From NCBI GenBank assembly GCA_046726415.1, contig JBKPAK010000136.1, positions 1-17,192 of the forward strand: a stretch of 17,192 bases of DNA, given 5' to 3'. Shown here one piece after another: positions 1 through 7,584 of the stretch (positions are counted from its first letter, which is position 1; each line of letters begins with the position of its first letter). The DNA comes from Candidatus Methylomirabilota bacterium. GTDB taxonomy: Bacteria; Methylomirabilota; Methylomirabilia; Rokubacteriales; CSP1-6. Made by a program: the position numbers and the translations under genes. The notes under the pieces were generated by a model. That model did no database searches and had not been told where the DNA came from. It saw nothing but the letters and a program-made list of their open reading frames with translations.

Positions 1-174
1 GCTGATCCGCAAATCGCGGAGGCTCTTCGGAACGCGTCGCTGGCCGCGCTAGCCGTGCTGGTACTGGGCTTGGCCGGGAGCGTGATCGGGGGTTGGATGG
101 CTTCAGGAGAGCCGATGACATTTGCGTACTACCGCCGGCGCCCCGCGCGAGAGCGAGCAGCCCGCGCTCTCTGA
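1..174 (+). CDS. 3' end of a hypothetical membrane protein (partial, truncated by window edge)
   Basis: Frame 1 is open from base 1 to TGA at 172-174: ADPQIAEALRNASLAALAVLVLGLAGSVIGGWMASGEPMTFAYYRRRPARERAARAL*. It has one hydrophobic TM-like helix and an Arg-rich tail. Not listed in the ORF track. Confidence 0.7.
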   Translation, partial: ADPQIAEALRNASLAALAVLVLGLAGSVIGGWMASGEPMTFAYYRRRPARERAARAL

Positions 175-509
175 GCAGATTGCGAGACCTCCGGCTCGCG
201 CGTCTGCGGCAAGTCAGATCGAGCTCGTCGTAGACATCGGCGCGGGATCGCCCAGCTGCTGCCCCCGGCGTCCTTCGAACTGACGACCGTCTGCGACTCA
301 AGGGCTTTCTCCGGGAAGCTCTAGCTCGGGGCCGTCACCGACCTAGTCCTGAACCATTCTTCCGATCGGCATCCTCGGCTTCGAGCGCGCCCGCCGGGCC
401 TAACACGGCAGCCGTGGCGGAACTGGGACCGGGATCCACGAGACCGTGCATGGGGAAGTCCCAGCTGCCGAACCCGCGCTCGGTGCCGTGGTGGCGCGGG
501 TCTCGAGTA

Positions 510-2441
510 TCACGCGGTTCCGTCCGACCTGAGGTAGGCCGGAGAGTCGCCAGAGACCGCCGGCTCCGGCCGCAGGACGACGGTTGCGTCGGGAAGCACG
601 GCCCACGGCACCGCGAGCTCCGGGGTGCCCAGGCCCCCGTATCGCGGGTCCTCACTCGACCAGAGGAGCTTCCACGACTGGCCGGCCGGCGGCGCAAGCA
701 ACGGCTCCGGCGCGACGTCCAACTCTATCGCCGTTCCCAGGTTGACCAGGAGCAACCGGTCGTTCGGTCCCCCGCGGAGGAAGCGCAGGACGAACGTGTG
801 GCAGCCGAGAACCGCGCCGTCGACGCCTCGGGGGCGCTGCTCCCGGAACGTCGGGTCCGTTCGCCGCAGGGTCAGCAGGTCGCGGTGAAGGGCCACCGCC
901 GTGTCGTGCCGCCGCCGCTCGTCGGGATCGAGCTTGCAACGCTCGAACGTCGACGGCAAATGCGCCTCGGCCAGAAACGATTCTGACGGGAGCGCGGCGA
1001 TACTGGGGAACTGCCGCAAGAACTCCACGCGCCCGCGCTGCACGCTCGCGACCAGCTCGGGCCGATGATCGGCGAAGTACACGAACGGGCTCGACGCGTT
1101 GAACTCCTGGCCCTGGAAGAGCATCGGCGTCCACGGCGCCAGCAGCAGCACAGCAGTGAGCGCGCGCAACCGCGCGGGGCTGGTCAGCTGATGCACGCGT
1201 TCCCCCCGCAGTGAATTGGCAACCTGATCGTGGTTCTGGATGAACGCCACGAACCGGCTCGGCGCGAGGTCGAGCGCCGGTGTTCCCCGCGCCTTCCCCT
1301 GCCAGGTGTAGAACTGCCCCTGGAAGAGGAATCCCCACTTGATGGCGGAGAGCAGTTCCTGGGGCGCCCCCCGATGATCGCGATAGTAGGCTTCGCGCCA
1401 CCCCGTCAGCGCCACCATGGCCGTGTGATGGAGGTCGTCGTTCCACATCGCGTCGAGGCCGTATCCGCCCGCGGAGGGGGCGCCGAGCAGTCGAGTGTCT
1501 TGTGGTTCGTTCTCGGCCACCACGATGGTGGCGCGCCCGCGCGCTGCCGCGCGGACTCGACCGGTTATGGCCGCCACGACGTGCTCGGGCGAATCGTCGA
1601 ACATCGACTGGGTGGCGTCCAGGCGCAGTCCATCCAGATGAAATTCGTCGATCCAGTAGCCGGCGTTCGTCGTGACGAATTCCCTGACCGGTCCCGACTC
1701 CGGCCCGTCGTAGTTCAGGGCCAGGCCCCACTCGGTGCGATGGCGCTCGCTGAAGTAGTGGCGCGAGAACTTCTCGAGGTGATTGCCGTCGGGTCCCAGG
1801 TGGTTGTAGACGACGTCCAGGATCACGCCGAGCCCGTAGCCGTGCGCCCGATCGACGAAGCGACGGAAGTCGTCGGGGGTGCCGTACAGTCGCGTCGGCG
1901 CGAAGAGGCAGACGCCATCGTAGCCCCAGCCGAACCGACCGGGGAAGTCGGCCACCGGCATCACTTCCAGCACAGTGATGCCAAGCTTGGCCAGCTCGGG
2001 CAAGTCTTCGCTCGCCGCCATCCAAGTGCCGGCCCGCGTGAAGGTCCCGATGTGCATCTCGTAGAGGATCTGTCCCTCGAGCGGGACGCCTGGCCAGCTC
2101 TGATCCGTCCACGCAAAGGCGGCGGGATCGACGACGGCGGAGGGCCCGTGCGGACCCCCGGGCTGGTACCGCGACGCGGGGTCGGGGAAGAGCGGCTCCC
2201 GGCCATCGAGGCGAAAGCGATAGCGAGTGCCGGGGCGCGCCTCCGCCACCTCGCCCCGGAAGTATCCGTGCTCCTCCGCGGTCAGCTCGCTCACCGTGCC
2301 GGCGCCCGGGCCCGCCTCGAGCACGACGTCGACCGAGGCCGCGGCGGGAGCCCACACCCGAAAATCTACGCCGTGGGGCTGTGACACCTCGGCGCCCACC
2401 GGCAGCCGCCGCTCACGCGCGTTCCGGTCACACGCGTTCAT
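510..2441 (-). CDS. treZ: Malto-oligosyltrehalose trehalohydrolase (GH13 with N-terminal CBM48-like domain), ~643 aa
   Basis: N-terminal GVDFRVWAP and FPDPASRYQPGGPHGPS. GH13 motifs LYEMHIGTFT, WGYDGV, ILDVVYNHLGP, DGLRLDATQ (nucleophile Asp), VAENE (acid/base Glu), IQNHDQVAN, PMLFQGQE. Start placed at ATG 2441 (alternative ATG 2468); the ORF-track start at 2657 overlaps the divergent gene. Confidence 0.93.
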   Translation of the reverse strand: MNACDRNARERRLPVGAEVSQPHGVDFRVWAPAAASVDVVLEAGPGAGTVSELTAEEHGYFRGEVAEARPGTRYRFRLDGREPLFPDPASRYQPGGPHGPSAVVDPAAFAWTDQSWPGVPLEGQILYEMHIGTFTRAGTWMAASEDLPELAKLGITVLEVMPVADFPGRFGWGYDGVCLFAPTRLYGTPDDFRRFVDRAHGYGLGVILDVVYNHLGPDGNHLEKFSRHYFSERHRTEWGLALNYDGPESGPVREFVTTNAGYWIDEFHLDGLRLDATQSMFDDSPEHVVAAITGRVRAAARGRATIVVAENEPQDTRLLGAPSAGGYGLDAMWNDDLHHTAMVALTGWREAYYRDHRGAPQELLSAIKWGFLFQGQFYTWQGKARGTPALDLAPSRFVAFIQNHDQVANSLRGERVHQLTSPARLRALTAVLLLAPWTPMLFQGQEFNASSPFVYFADHRPELVASVQRGRVEFLRQFPSIAALPSESFLAEAHLPSTFERCKLDPDERRRHDTAVALHRDLLTLRRTDPTFREQRPRGVDGAVLGCHTFVLRFLRGGPNDRLLLVNLGTAIELDVAPEPLLAPPAGQSWKLLWSSEDPRYGGLGTPELAVPWAVLPDATVVLRPEPAVSGDSPAYLRSDGTA

Positions 2442-2485
2442 GGCGTGTTCTTTGGGTATCCTCAACATGATGCCTTCCGAGCCAC

Positions 2486-2500
2486 TCAAAGGACGTGCCA
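2486..2500 (-). promoter_or_regulatory. sigma54-like (-24/-12) promoter motif facing treZ
   Basis: Minus strand reads TGGCACG-TCCT-TTGA: perfect -24 box and correct spacing, but GA instead of GC at -12. It lies 45 nt upstream of ATG 2441. Confidence 0.5.
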
Positions 2501-2523
2501 GCGAACTCGGGGATTGGCGCCGG

Positions 2524-2539
2524 CGGCACGGCGCTTGCG
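2524..2539 (+). promoter_or_regulatory. sigma54-like (-24/-12) promoter motif facing the debranching enzyme gene
   Basis: CGGCACG-GCGC-TTGCG with GG at 2525-2526 and GC at 2537-2538, exactly 10 nt apart; matches YTGGCACGNNNNTTGC apart from the first bases. Confidence 0.5.
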
Positions 2540-2553
2540 ACGGAGGATTCGTC

Positions 2554-4611
2554 GTGACGGATGCGGATCCGGCAGCGCTCGTTCGGCGAGTGTCGTTGAC
2601 GAACACCGACGGTGCCGACGCGGATCGCGTGCTCACGCGGGAGTGGCTCGTCACCAACGGTCTGGGGGGCTACGCGTCGGGCACGGTGGCGGGCGGCGTG
2701 CTCACCCGCCGCTATCACGGGATGCTCATCGCCGCGCTGCCCGCGCCCCTCGGTCGGACGGTCATGCTGAGCCGCCTGACCGAACGGATTCGGCTCCCCG
2801 ATCGCACGGCCATCGTCCTCAGTGGCGGCGAGCACGCCGATGGCCGGGTCGACCTGGGGGGTCTCGACTATCTCCGCGAGTTTCGCCTCGAGGCCGGCCT
2901 CCCCGTGTGGCGTTACGCCGTGCGCGACTGGGTGCTGGAGAAGTCACTAGTGATGCCGCACCACCAGAACACCGTACATGTCACCTATAAGCTACTATCG
3001 GGCAGTGCCGCCCTCCGCCTGGTGTTGCGCCCCTGTGTGGACTTCCGGCCGCATCATGCGGAGATCGGTGAGGCGGCGACCGGCCCGTGCACGCTGACCG
3101 CGATCGCCGACCGGTACGAAGTGACGGTGGCCAACGTCCCCCCCTTGCGCATGCAACTGCGCGGCGGCCCCGGCGCCTTCACCGTGGACGGCACGACCCT
3201 CCACCGCGTCTTCTATCGAGTGGAGGCCGGCCGCGGATACGCGGCGGTGGGCGATCTCTGGAGTCCCGGCTATTTCCGCGCGGACCTCCCGCCCGGAGGC
3301 GACATCACCTTGGTGGCGTCAACCGAGTCGTGGGAGACTCTCGGGGCCCTCACCGTGGAGCAAGCGCGGAAGGCCGAGTGGGAGCGACGCCAGCGGCTTC
3401 TGCGGTCGGCGCCGCCGGCCGCCCGCGAGGGCGCGGCCGCCGAACTGGTGCTCGCCGCCGATCAGTTCGTCATCACCCCGGCCGGCCGCGTGCAGGATGC
3501 CGCGCGCTCGCGGGCCGCCGGCGACGAGGCGCGGACGATCATCGCCGGCTATCACTGGTTCACCGACTGGGGCCGCGACACGATGATCAGCCTGGAAGGC
3601 CTGGGGCTCGTGACCGGGCGGCACGCCGAGGCCGGCTCGATCCTCCGCACATTCGCCTATCACGTGCGCGACGGTCTCATTCCCAACATGTTCCCGGAGG
3701 GCGATGCCGCCGGGCGCTACCACACCGCGGACGCCACCCTGTGGTTTTTCCACGCCATCGACCGCTACGTCACGGTCACCGCCGACCGTCACACGCTGCG
3801 CGCGCTGCTGCCGCTCCTGACCGACATCATCGAACACCAGCTGAAGGGCACCCGCTTCGGCATCGGAGTGGACGCCCGCGACGGCCTGCTGCACCAGGGC
3901 GAGGAGGGTTACCAGCTGACGTGGATGGACGCCAAGGTCGGCGACTGGGTGGTGACCCCGCGACGGGGCAAGGCCGTGGAGATCAACGCGCTCTGGTACA
4001 ACGCGCTCCGGCTGGTCGAGAGGTGGCTGTCCGAGGAGCACGGCGAGCGCGCGGCCCAGCCGATCGCCGAGCACGCCGAGCGCGCGCGCGCGTCCTTCAA
4101 CGAGCGCTTCTGGTATGGCGCCGGCGGATATCTCTACGATATCGTCGACGGCGAGCACGGCAACGATGCCGCCTGCCGTCCGAACCAGTTGCTCGCCATC
4201 TCCCTGCCCCACCCCGTCCTCGAGCCCGCGCGCTGGCGGCCGGTCCTGGATGTCGTGTGCCGGTATCTGCTCACGCCGGTGGGCCTGCGGTCCCTCGCTC
4301 CCGGCCATCCCGACTATCGGGCACGCTACGATGGAGACCTGCGCGCGCGCGATGCCGCCTATCACCAGGGCACCGTATGGCCCTGGCTGGTCGGTCCGCT
4401 GATCGACGCGTGGCTGCGCGTCCACGGCGATGCGGCCGGCGCCCGCCGGCTCCTCGACGGATTGATCGCTCATCTCGATGACGCGTGTCTCGGGCAGATC
4501 AGTGAGATCTTCGACGCGGAACCGCCATTCACTCCCCGCGGCTGCGTGGCGCAGGCGTGGAGCGTGGCCGAAGTCCTGCGTGGCTGGGTGAAGACCGCCG
4601 GCTCGGCGTAA
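2554..4611 (+). CDS. Glycogen debranching enzyme, amylo-alpha-1,6-glucosidase type (GDE_N + GDE_C domains), ~685 aa
   Basis: GDE_N signature REWLVTNGLGGYASGTV...TRRYHGMLIAAL. C-terminal motifs IAGYHWFTDWGRDTMISLEGL, TADATLWF, TWMDAKVG, RPNQLLA, YHQGTVWPWL, SEIFDAEPPFTPRGCVAQAWSVAE. GTG 2554 is preceded by GGAGG (2542-2546) with a 7-nt spacer. Confidence 0.92.
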   Translation: MTDADPAALVRRVSLTNTDGADADRVLTREWLVTNGLGGYASGTVAGGVLTRRYHGMLIAALPAPLGRTVMLSRLTERIRLPDRTAIVLSGGEHADGRVDLGGLDYLREFRLEAGLPVWRYAVRDWVLEKSLVMPHHQNTVHVTYKLLSGSAALRLVLRPCVDFRPHHAEIGEAATGPCTLTAIADRYEVTVANVPPLRMQLRGGPGAFTVDGTTLHRVFYRVEAGRGYAAVGDLWSPGYFRADLPPGGDITLVASTESWETLGALTVEQARKAEWERRQRLLRSAPPAAREGAAAELVLAADQFVITPAGRVQDAARSRAAGDEARTIIAGYHWFTDWGRDTMISLEGLGLVTGRHAEAGSILRTFAYHVRDGLIPNMFPEGDAAGRYHTADATLWFFHAIDRYVTVTADRHTLRALLPLLTDIIEHQLKGTRFGIGVDARDGLLHQGEEGYQLTWMDAKVGDWVVTPRRGKAVEINALWYNALRLVERWLSEEHGERAAQPIAEHAERARASFNERFWYGAGGYLYDIVDGEHGNDAACRPNQLLAISLPHPVLEPARWRPVLDVVCRYLLTPVGLRSLAPGHPDYRARYDGDLRARDAAYHQGTVWPWLVGPLIDAWLRVHGDAAGARRLLDGLIAHLDDACLGQISEIFDAEPPFTPRGCVAQAWSVAEVLRGWVKTAGSA

Positions 4612-4614
4612 CCG

Positions 4615-5058
4615 CTACGGCTTTGGTCGGCTCACCATGAAGGAAAACGACGTTGCATTCCTGAACCCCGATGCCCAGAGCAGCTGACGAACCTGACCCT
4701 GCTCCTTCAGCTCGGACAGGGTGGCCGTCGCCACCTGCTGGGGCGCTTGCTCGGGCGATTGGAAGCCACTGGCGAGGTAGAGTCCGCCATCCTTGATCCG
4801 CGCGGTGCCTCGAGTGGTGTAGGCCCCTCCGCTCGCGGCGAACGCCCCGTCCGTGCTGATCGTCAGGGTGATCTGCCGCCTCGACACAACGGTGAGCCCC
4901 TCCAGGCCACTCGCTGTCCCCTCCCACGTGCCGGCGAGGCTGGTCAGATCGCCCGGCCCGAGCGATTGGATGGAAAGACTACTCGAGGCACACCCCAAGA
5001 CCGATGCGGCCAACACGCCGACCAACAGCGGGCGAAGCGTACGGTGTCTCCTGATCAT
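4615..5058 (-). CDS. Hypothetical lipoprotein, 147 aa
   Basis: From ATG 5058: MIRRHRTLRPLLVGVLAASVLGC, i.e. basic n-region, hydrophobic h-region and lipobox-like VLGC. The mature part contains LAGTWEG and ITLTISTDGAF, suggesting a small beta-barrel fold. Converges on the debranching gene with a 3-nt gap. Confidence 0.75.
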   Translation of the reverse strand: MIRRHRTLRPLLVGVLAASVLGCASSSLSIQSLGPGDLTSLAGTWEGTASGLEGLTVVSRRQITLTISTDGAFAASGGAYTTRGTARIKDGGLYLASGFQSPEQAPQQVATATLSELKEQGQVRQLLWASGFRNATSFSFMVSRPKP

Positions 5059-5122
5059 CAGGGAGTTCCCTCGCCTCGGCTCGTCGCCGTCCGGGTCGGT
5101 CGGCTGGCCAAAAGCCTCATGG

Positions 5123-5377
5123 CTATGCCGTGGCGACCCAGCGTCGACGATGCAACTCGGCCGACCACAGCGCGTAGCAGCTGAGGTGGAGCCGGAACAG
5201 TCGGTTGCCGACCGCGATCTGGTACTCGACCTGGGTCTTCTGGATGCACTCACCACAGACGTCGCACGAATTACCGTGGCCGACGCCGCTCCTGGTCCTC
5301 CCAGACTCTTCCCGGGGCAGGTCGTTCGCTACGAGCTTGTCGAGAATCCGATCGGCGAGACTCTGATCCTTGTTCAT
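5123..5377 (-). CDS. Small putative zinc-binding protein (CxxC...HxxC), 84 aa
   Basis: Core RILDKLVANDLPRE...GVGHGNSCDVCGECIQKTQVEYQI...RLHLSCYALW: CDVC and HLSC pairs about 23 aa apart. Non-overlapping ORF co-oriented with the lipoprotein gene. Confidence 0.78.
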   Translation of the reverse strand: MNKDQSLADRILDKLVANDLPREESGRTRSGVGHGNSCDVCGECIQKTQVEYQIAVGNRLFRLHLSCYALWSAELHRRRWVATA

Positions 5378-5476
5378 GGACGGGGCCCCCCGACTGCAGG
5401 AAGGGACAGCGTGCCCACATCACCGGGGTCCTGACGCCCGGAGCGCCAACCTAAGGGCCGAGGTGCCGGCGCATCG

Positions 5477-5485
5477 ACTCTAGCA
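5477..5485 (-). promoter_or_regulatory. Possible extended -10 promoter element for the Zn-protein/lipoprotein pair
   Basis: Minus strand TGcTAGAGT (TGn + TANNNT) about 100 nt upstream of ATG 5377; no convincing -35. Confidence 0.3.
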
Positions 5486-5745
5486 CGACGGGGGGCCGGG
5501 GGGGCCCGGCTCGTTTCGAACAGCAATCCGAACCTCTGGGCCACCTAGGCTCGCACCGACGGTTCTCGCAGACGCCACGGACCGGCGTCAACGACGAAGT
5601 GGGCGAGGGTTCATCCGGCTCCATGCAGACTGCGAGCGGGAATGGCGAAGGGAGACGAGGAACTAGACTCACGCGTATACCTTGCGACAGAAGACAGCCA
5701 GCCAGTCCGCACAGTTCTGATCGTTGACCGTCCTCGCCGCCATCC

Positions 5746-5960
5746 CATGAGCTAGAGGCGTGAAAGCGCGTCTTCCTGGAGTCCGGCATCCCGGGGCGGC
5801 GGACGCGCGCCGAGCCTGAGGAGGGGGGACCTGCCCCCTGGCGCGCGCCGAAATTGGCGAGCTGATGATGCGGTTGGAGCTGGCGAAGCACCTCAACAAG
5901 GGGCTGCGCGGACGAGTGGAGGAAGCCCAGGCGATGAGGCCCAGGGTGAGCCCAAGTACG
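5746..5960 (+). mobile_element. Degenerate IS3-family-like transposase remnant (orfA C-terminus and start of orfB)
   Basis: Joining frames gives HELEA*KRVFLESGIPGRRTRAEPEE / LARAEIGELMMRLELAKHL / GCADEWRKPRR*. There is an in-frame TGA at 5761-5763 where Trp is expected, and frameshifts near 5827-5837 and ~5900. An ATGA overlap at 5934-5937 opens a -1 frame ORF (MRPRVSPST). This resembles an IS3-type orfA/orfB junction (recognised from memory). Confidence 0.65.
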
Positions 5961-6012
5961 TGCAGCAGAGAGGCTCCCGGTCCGCGACCCGAGCTCGCCG
6001 CCCATCGCCACC

Positions 6013-6723
6013 CTAGGCGCGCCCACCCAGGTAGGCGACCTTCACGTCCTCACTCTTGAGCAGAGCTTCTCCGGAACCGGTCAGGACAATGGTGCCGGTC
6101 TCGAGGACGTAGCCGCGATCGGCGCATTGCAGGGCTTTGCGGGCATTTTGCTCCACGAGCAGGATGGTGCGCTTCTCACGCTTGAAATCCATGATGATGC
6201 GAAAGATCTCCTGTACCAGCATGGGGGCGAGGCCAAGCGATGGCTCATCCAGCATCAGCAACTTGGGGCGGGCCATCAGGGCGCGGCCAATGGCGAGCAT
6301 CTGTTGTTCGCCCCCGCTGAGGGTGGCTCCGAACTGCCGGCGCCGATCGCGCAAGACCGGGAACTTGCCAAAGACCATCTCCACATCGCAGCGGATCCCG
6401 GCCCGATCAGAGCGCCTGTAGGCCCCCATTTCCAGGTTCTCCTGCACCGTCATGCGGGTGAGGATCCCCCGGCCCTCTTGCACCTGCAAGATACCTAGAC
6501 GCACGATCCTATCTTCGTCCAGCCCGCGTAGACTCCGCCCCTCGAAGAGCACGTCCCCTCGACTCGGCTTCAAGACCCCGGAGATGGTCCGCAACAACGT
6601 CGATTTGCCGGCGCCATTGGCACCGATCAGCGCGACCACCTCCCCTTCGTTGACCTCCAGCGTGACTCCCCGCAAGGCCCGGATGACTCCATAGTCCACG
6701 TGGATGCCGTTCACCCGTAGCAT
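6013..6723 (-). CDS. livF: Branched-chain amino acid ABC transporter ATP-binding protein (LivF type), 236 aa
   Basis: Walker A GANGAGKST, Q-loop region QVQEGRGI, signature LSGGEQQMLAIGRAL, Walker B LLMLDEPSLGLAP, ILLVEQNA, C-terminal AYLGG. Start ATG 6723, 4 nt after the livG stop. Confidence 0.95.
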   Translation of the reverse strand: MLRVNGIHVDYGVIRALRGVTLEVNEGEVVALIGANGAGKSTLLRTISGVLKPSRGDVLFEGRSLRGLDEDRIVRLGILQVQEGRGILTRMTVQENLEMGAYRRSDRAGIRCDVEMVFGKFPVLRDRRRQFGATLSGGEQQMLAIGRALMARPKLLMLDEPSLGLAPMLVQEIFRIIMDFKREKRTILLVEQNARKALQCADRGYVLETGTIVLTGSGEALLKSEDVKVAYLGGRA

Positions 6724-6727
6724 TGGT

Positions 6728-7486
6728 CTAGTCCTCGGTGCCGAGATAGGCTTCGACCACGCGCGGGTCCTTCTGAATCGCCTGCGGGGGCCCCTCCGCA
6801 ATCTTCTCCCCGAAATTCAGCACGGTGATGATGTCGGAGATCTTCATGACCACCGACATGTCGTGCTCGATGAGGAGAATCGTCTTGTCGAGAGCCAGAA
6901 TCCTCTTGATAAGCTCGTCGATCTCCTCGGTCTCGCGCGGATTCATGCCGGAGGTTGGCTCGTCGAGAAGCAACAGATCCGGATCGGTGGCGAGGGCTCG
7001 CGCTACCTCCAGCCGCCGCTGTTCGCCAAAGGGAATCGTGGTAGCCGGAACGTCGCGCCGATGGCTCAGGCCCACGAAGGTCAAAATCTCCTCGGCCCGC
7101 TCCCGGATGGCGCTCTCCTCCGGCAAGGGACGGAGGCGGAGGAACATGCGCATCAACCCGGCGTGGGTGCGGCAGTGGCGCCCCAGCATGACGTTCTCCA
7201 GGACGGTCATCTGGGGGAAGAGGCGGATGTTTTGAAACGTGCGACTCATCCCCAGCCGAGCCCGCTGATAGGACTTCACACCCTCGAGAGGTTGCCCCTT
7301 GAAGACAATCCTACCTTCATCGTGTACGTGGAGCCCGGTCACACAGTTGAAGAACGTTGTCTTCCCGGCCCCATTGGGTCCGATGATCGCGTGAATCGTT
7401 CGTGGCTCGATCCGCACATCGACTCGGCTGATCGCGATCAGACTGCCAAATCGTTTGGTGACGTGAGTGGCCTCGAGGAGTGCCAT
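6728..7486 (-). CDS. livG: Branched-chain amino acid ABC transporter ATP-binding protein (LivG type), 252 aa
   Basis: GPNGAGKTT, RTFQNIRLF, PFGEQRRLEVARAL, LLLDEPTSGMN, LIEHDM, DPRVVEAYLG. Confidence 0.95.
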   Translation of the reverse strand: MALLEATHVTKRFGSLIAISRVDVRIEPRTIHAIIGPNGAGKTTFFNCVTGLHVHDEGRIVFKGQPLEGVKSYQRARLGMSRTFQNIRLFPQMTVLENVMLGRHCRTHAGLMRMFLRLRPLPEESAIRERAEEILTFVGLSHRRDVPATTIPFGEQRRLEVARALATDPDLLLLDEPTSGMNPRETEEIDELIKRILALDKTILLIEHDMSVVMKISDIITVLNFGEKIAEGPPQAIQKDPRVVEAYLGTED

Positions 7487-7498
7487 GCTTTCCCTCGC

Positions 7499-7562
7499 CC
7501 TTCGCCCCGGGCTGGGCGAAGGAGAGCCCTGGTGAGTAGGGGCGCGCCGCCGGCGCCCCTAC
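7499..7562. repeat. Two intergenic hairpins, the second REP-like (GTAG-initiated)
   Basis: CCTTCGCCC(7499-7507)-6 nt-GGGCGAAGG(7514-7522) and GTAGGGGCGC(7536-7545)-7 nt-GCGCCCCTAC(7553-7562), between the SBP stop and the livG start; no U-tract follows. Confidence 0.75.
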
Positions 7563-7584
7563 CTGTCGGTCCAGGCGCTGCGTT

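Noticed and set aside
175-509. Intergenic stretch with ORF 335-697 (-) and others
   Set aside because: No convincing start, motif, terminator or RNA structure could be supported.
2227-2657. Overlapping 5' extensions of treZ (to 2657) and the debranching enzyme (from 2227)
   Set aside because: Each extension is antisense to the other gene's conserved N-terminus; shorter starts remove the overlap.
5669-5743. Short minus-strand ORF tail MAARTVNDQNCADWLAVFCRKVYA next to the IS3-like remnant
   Set aside because: Could be the end of a gene cut by the IS, but it is too short and has no recognisable motif or RBS.
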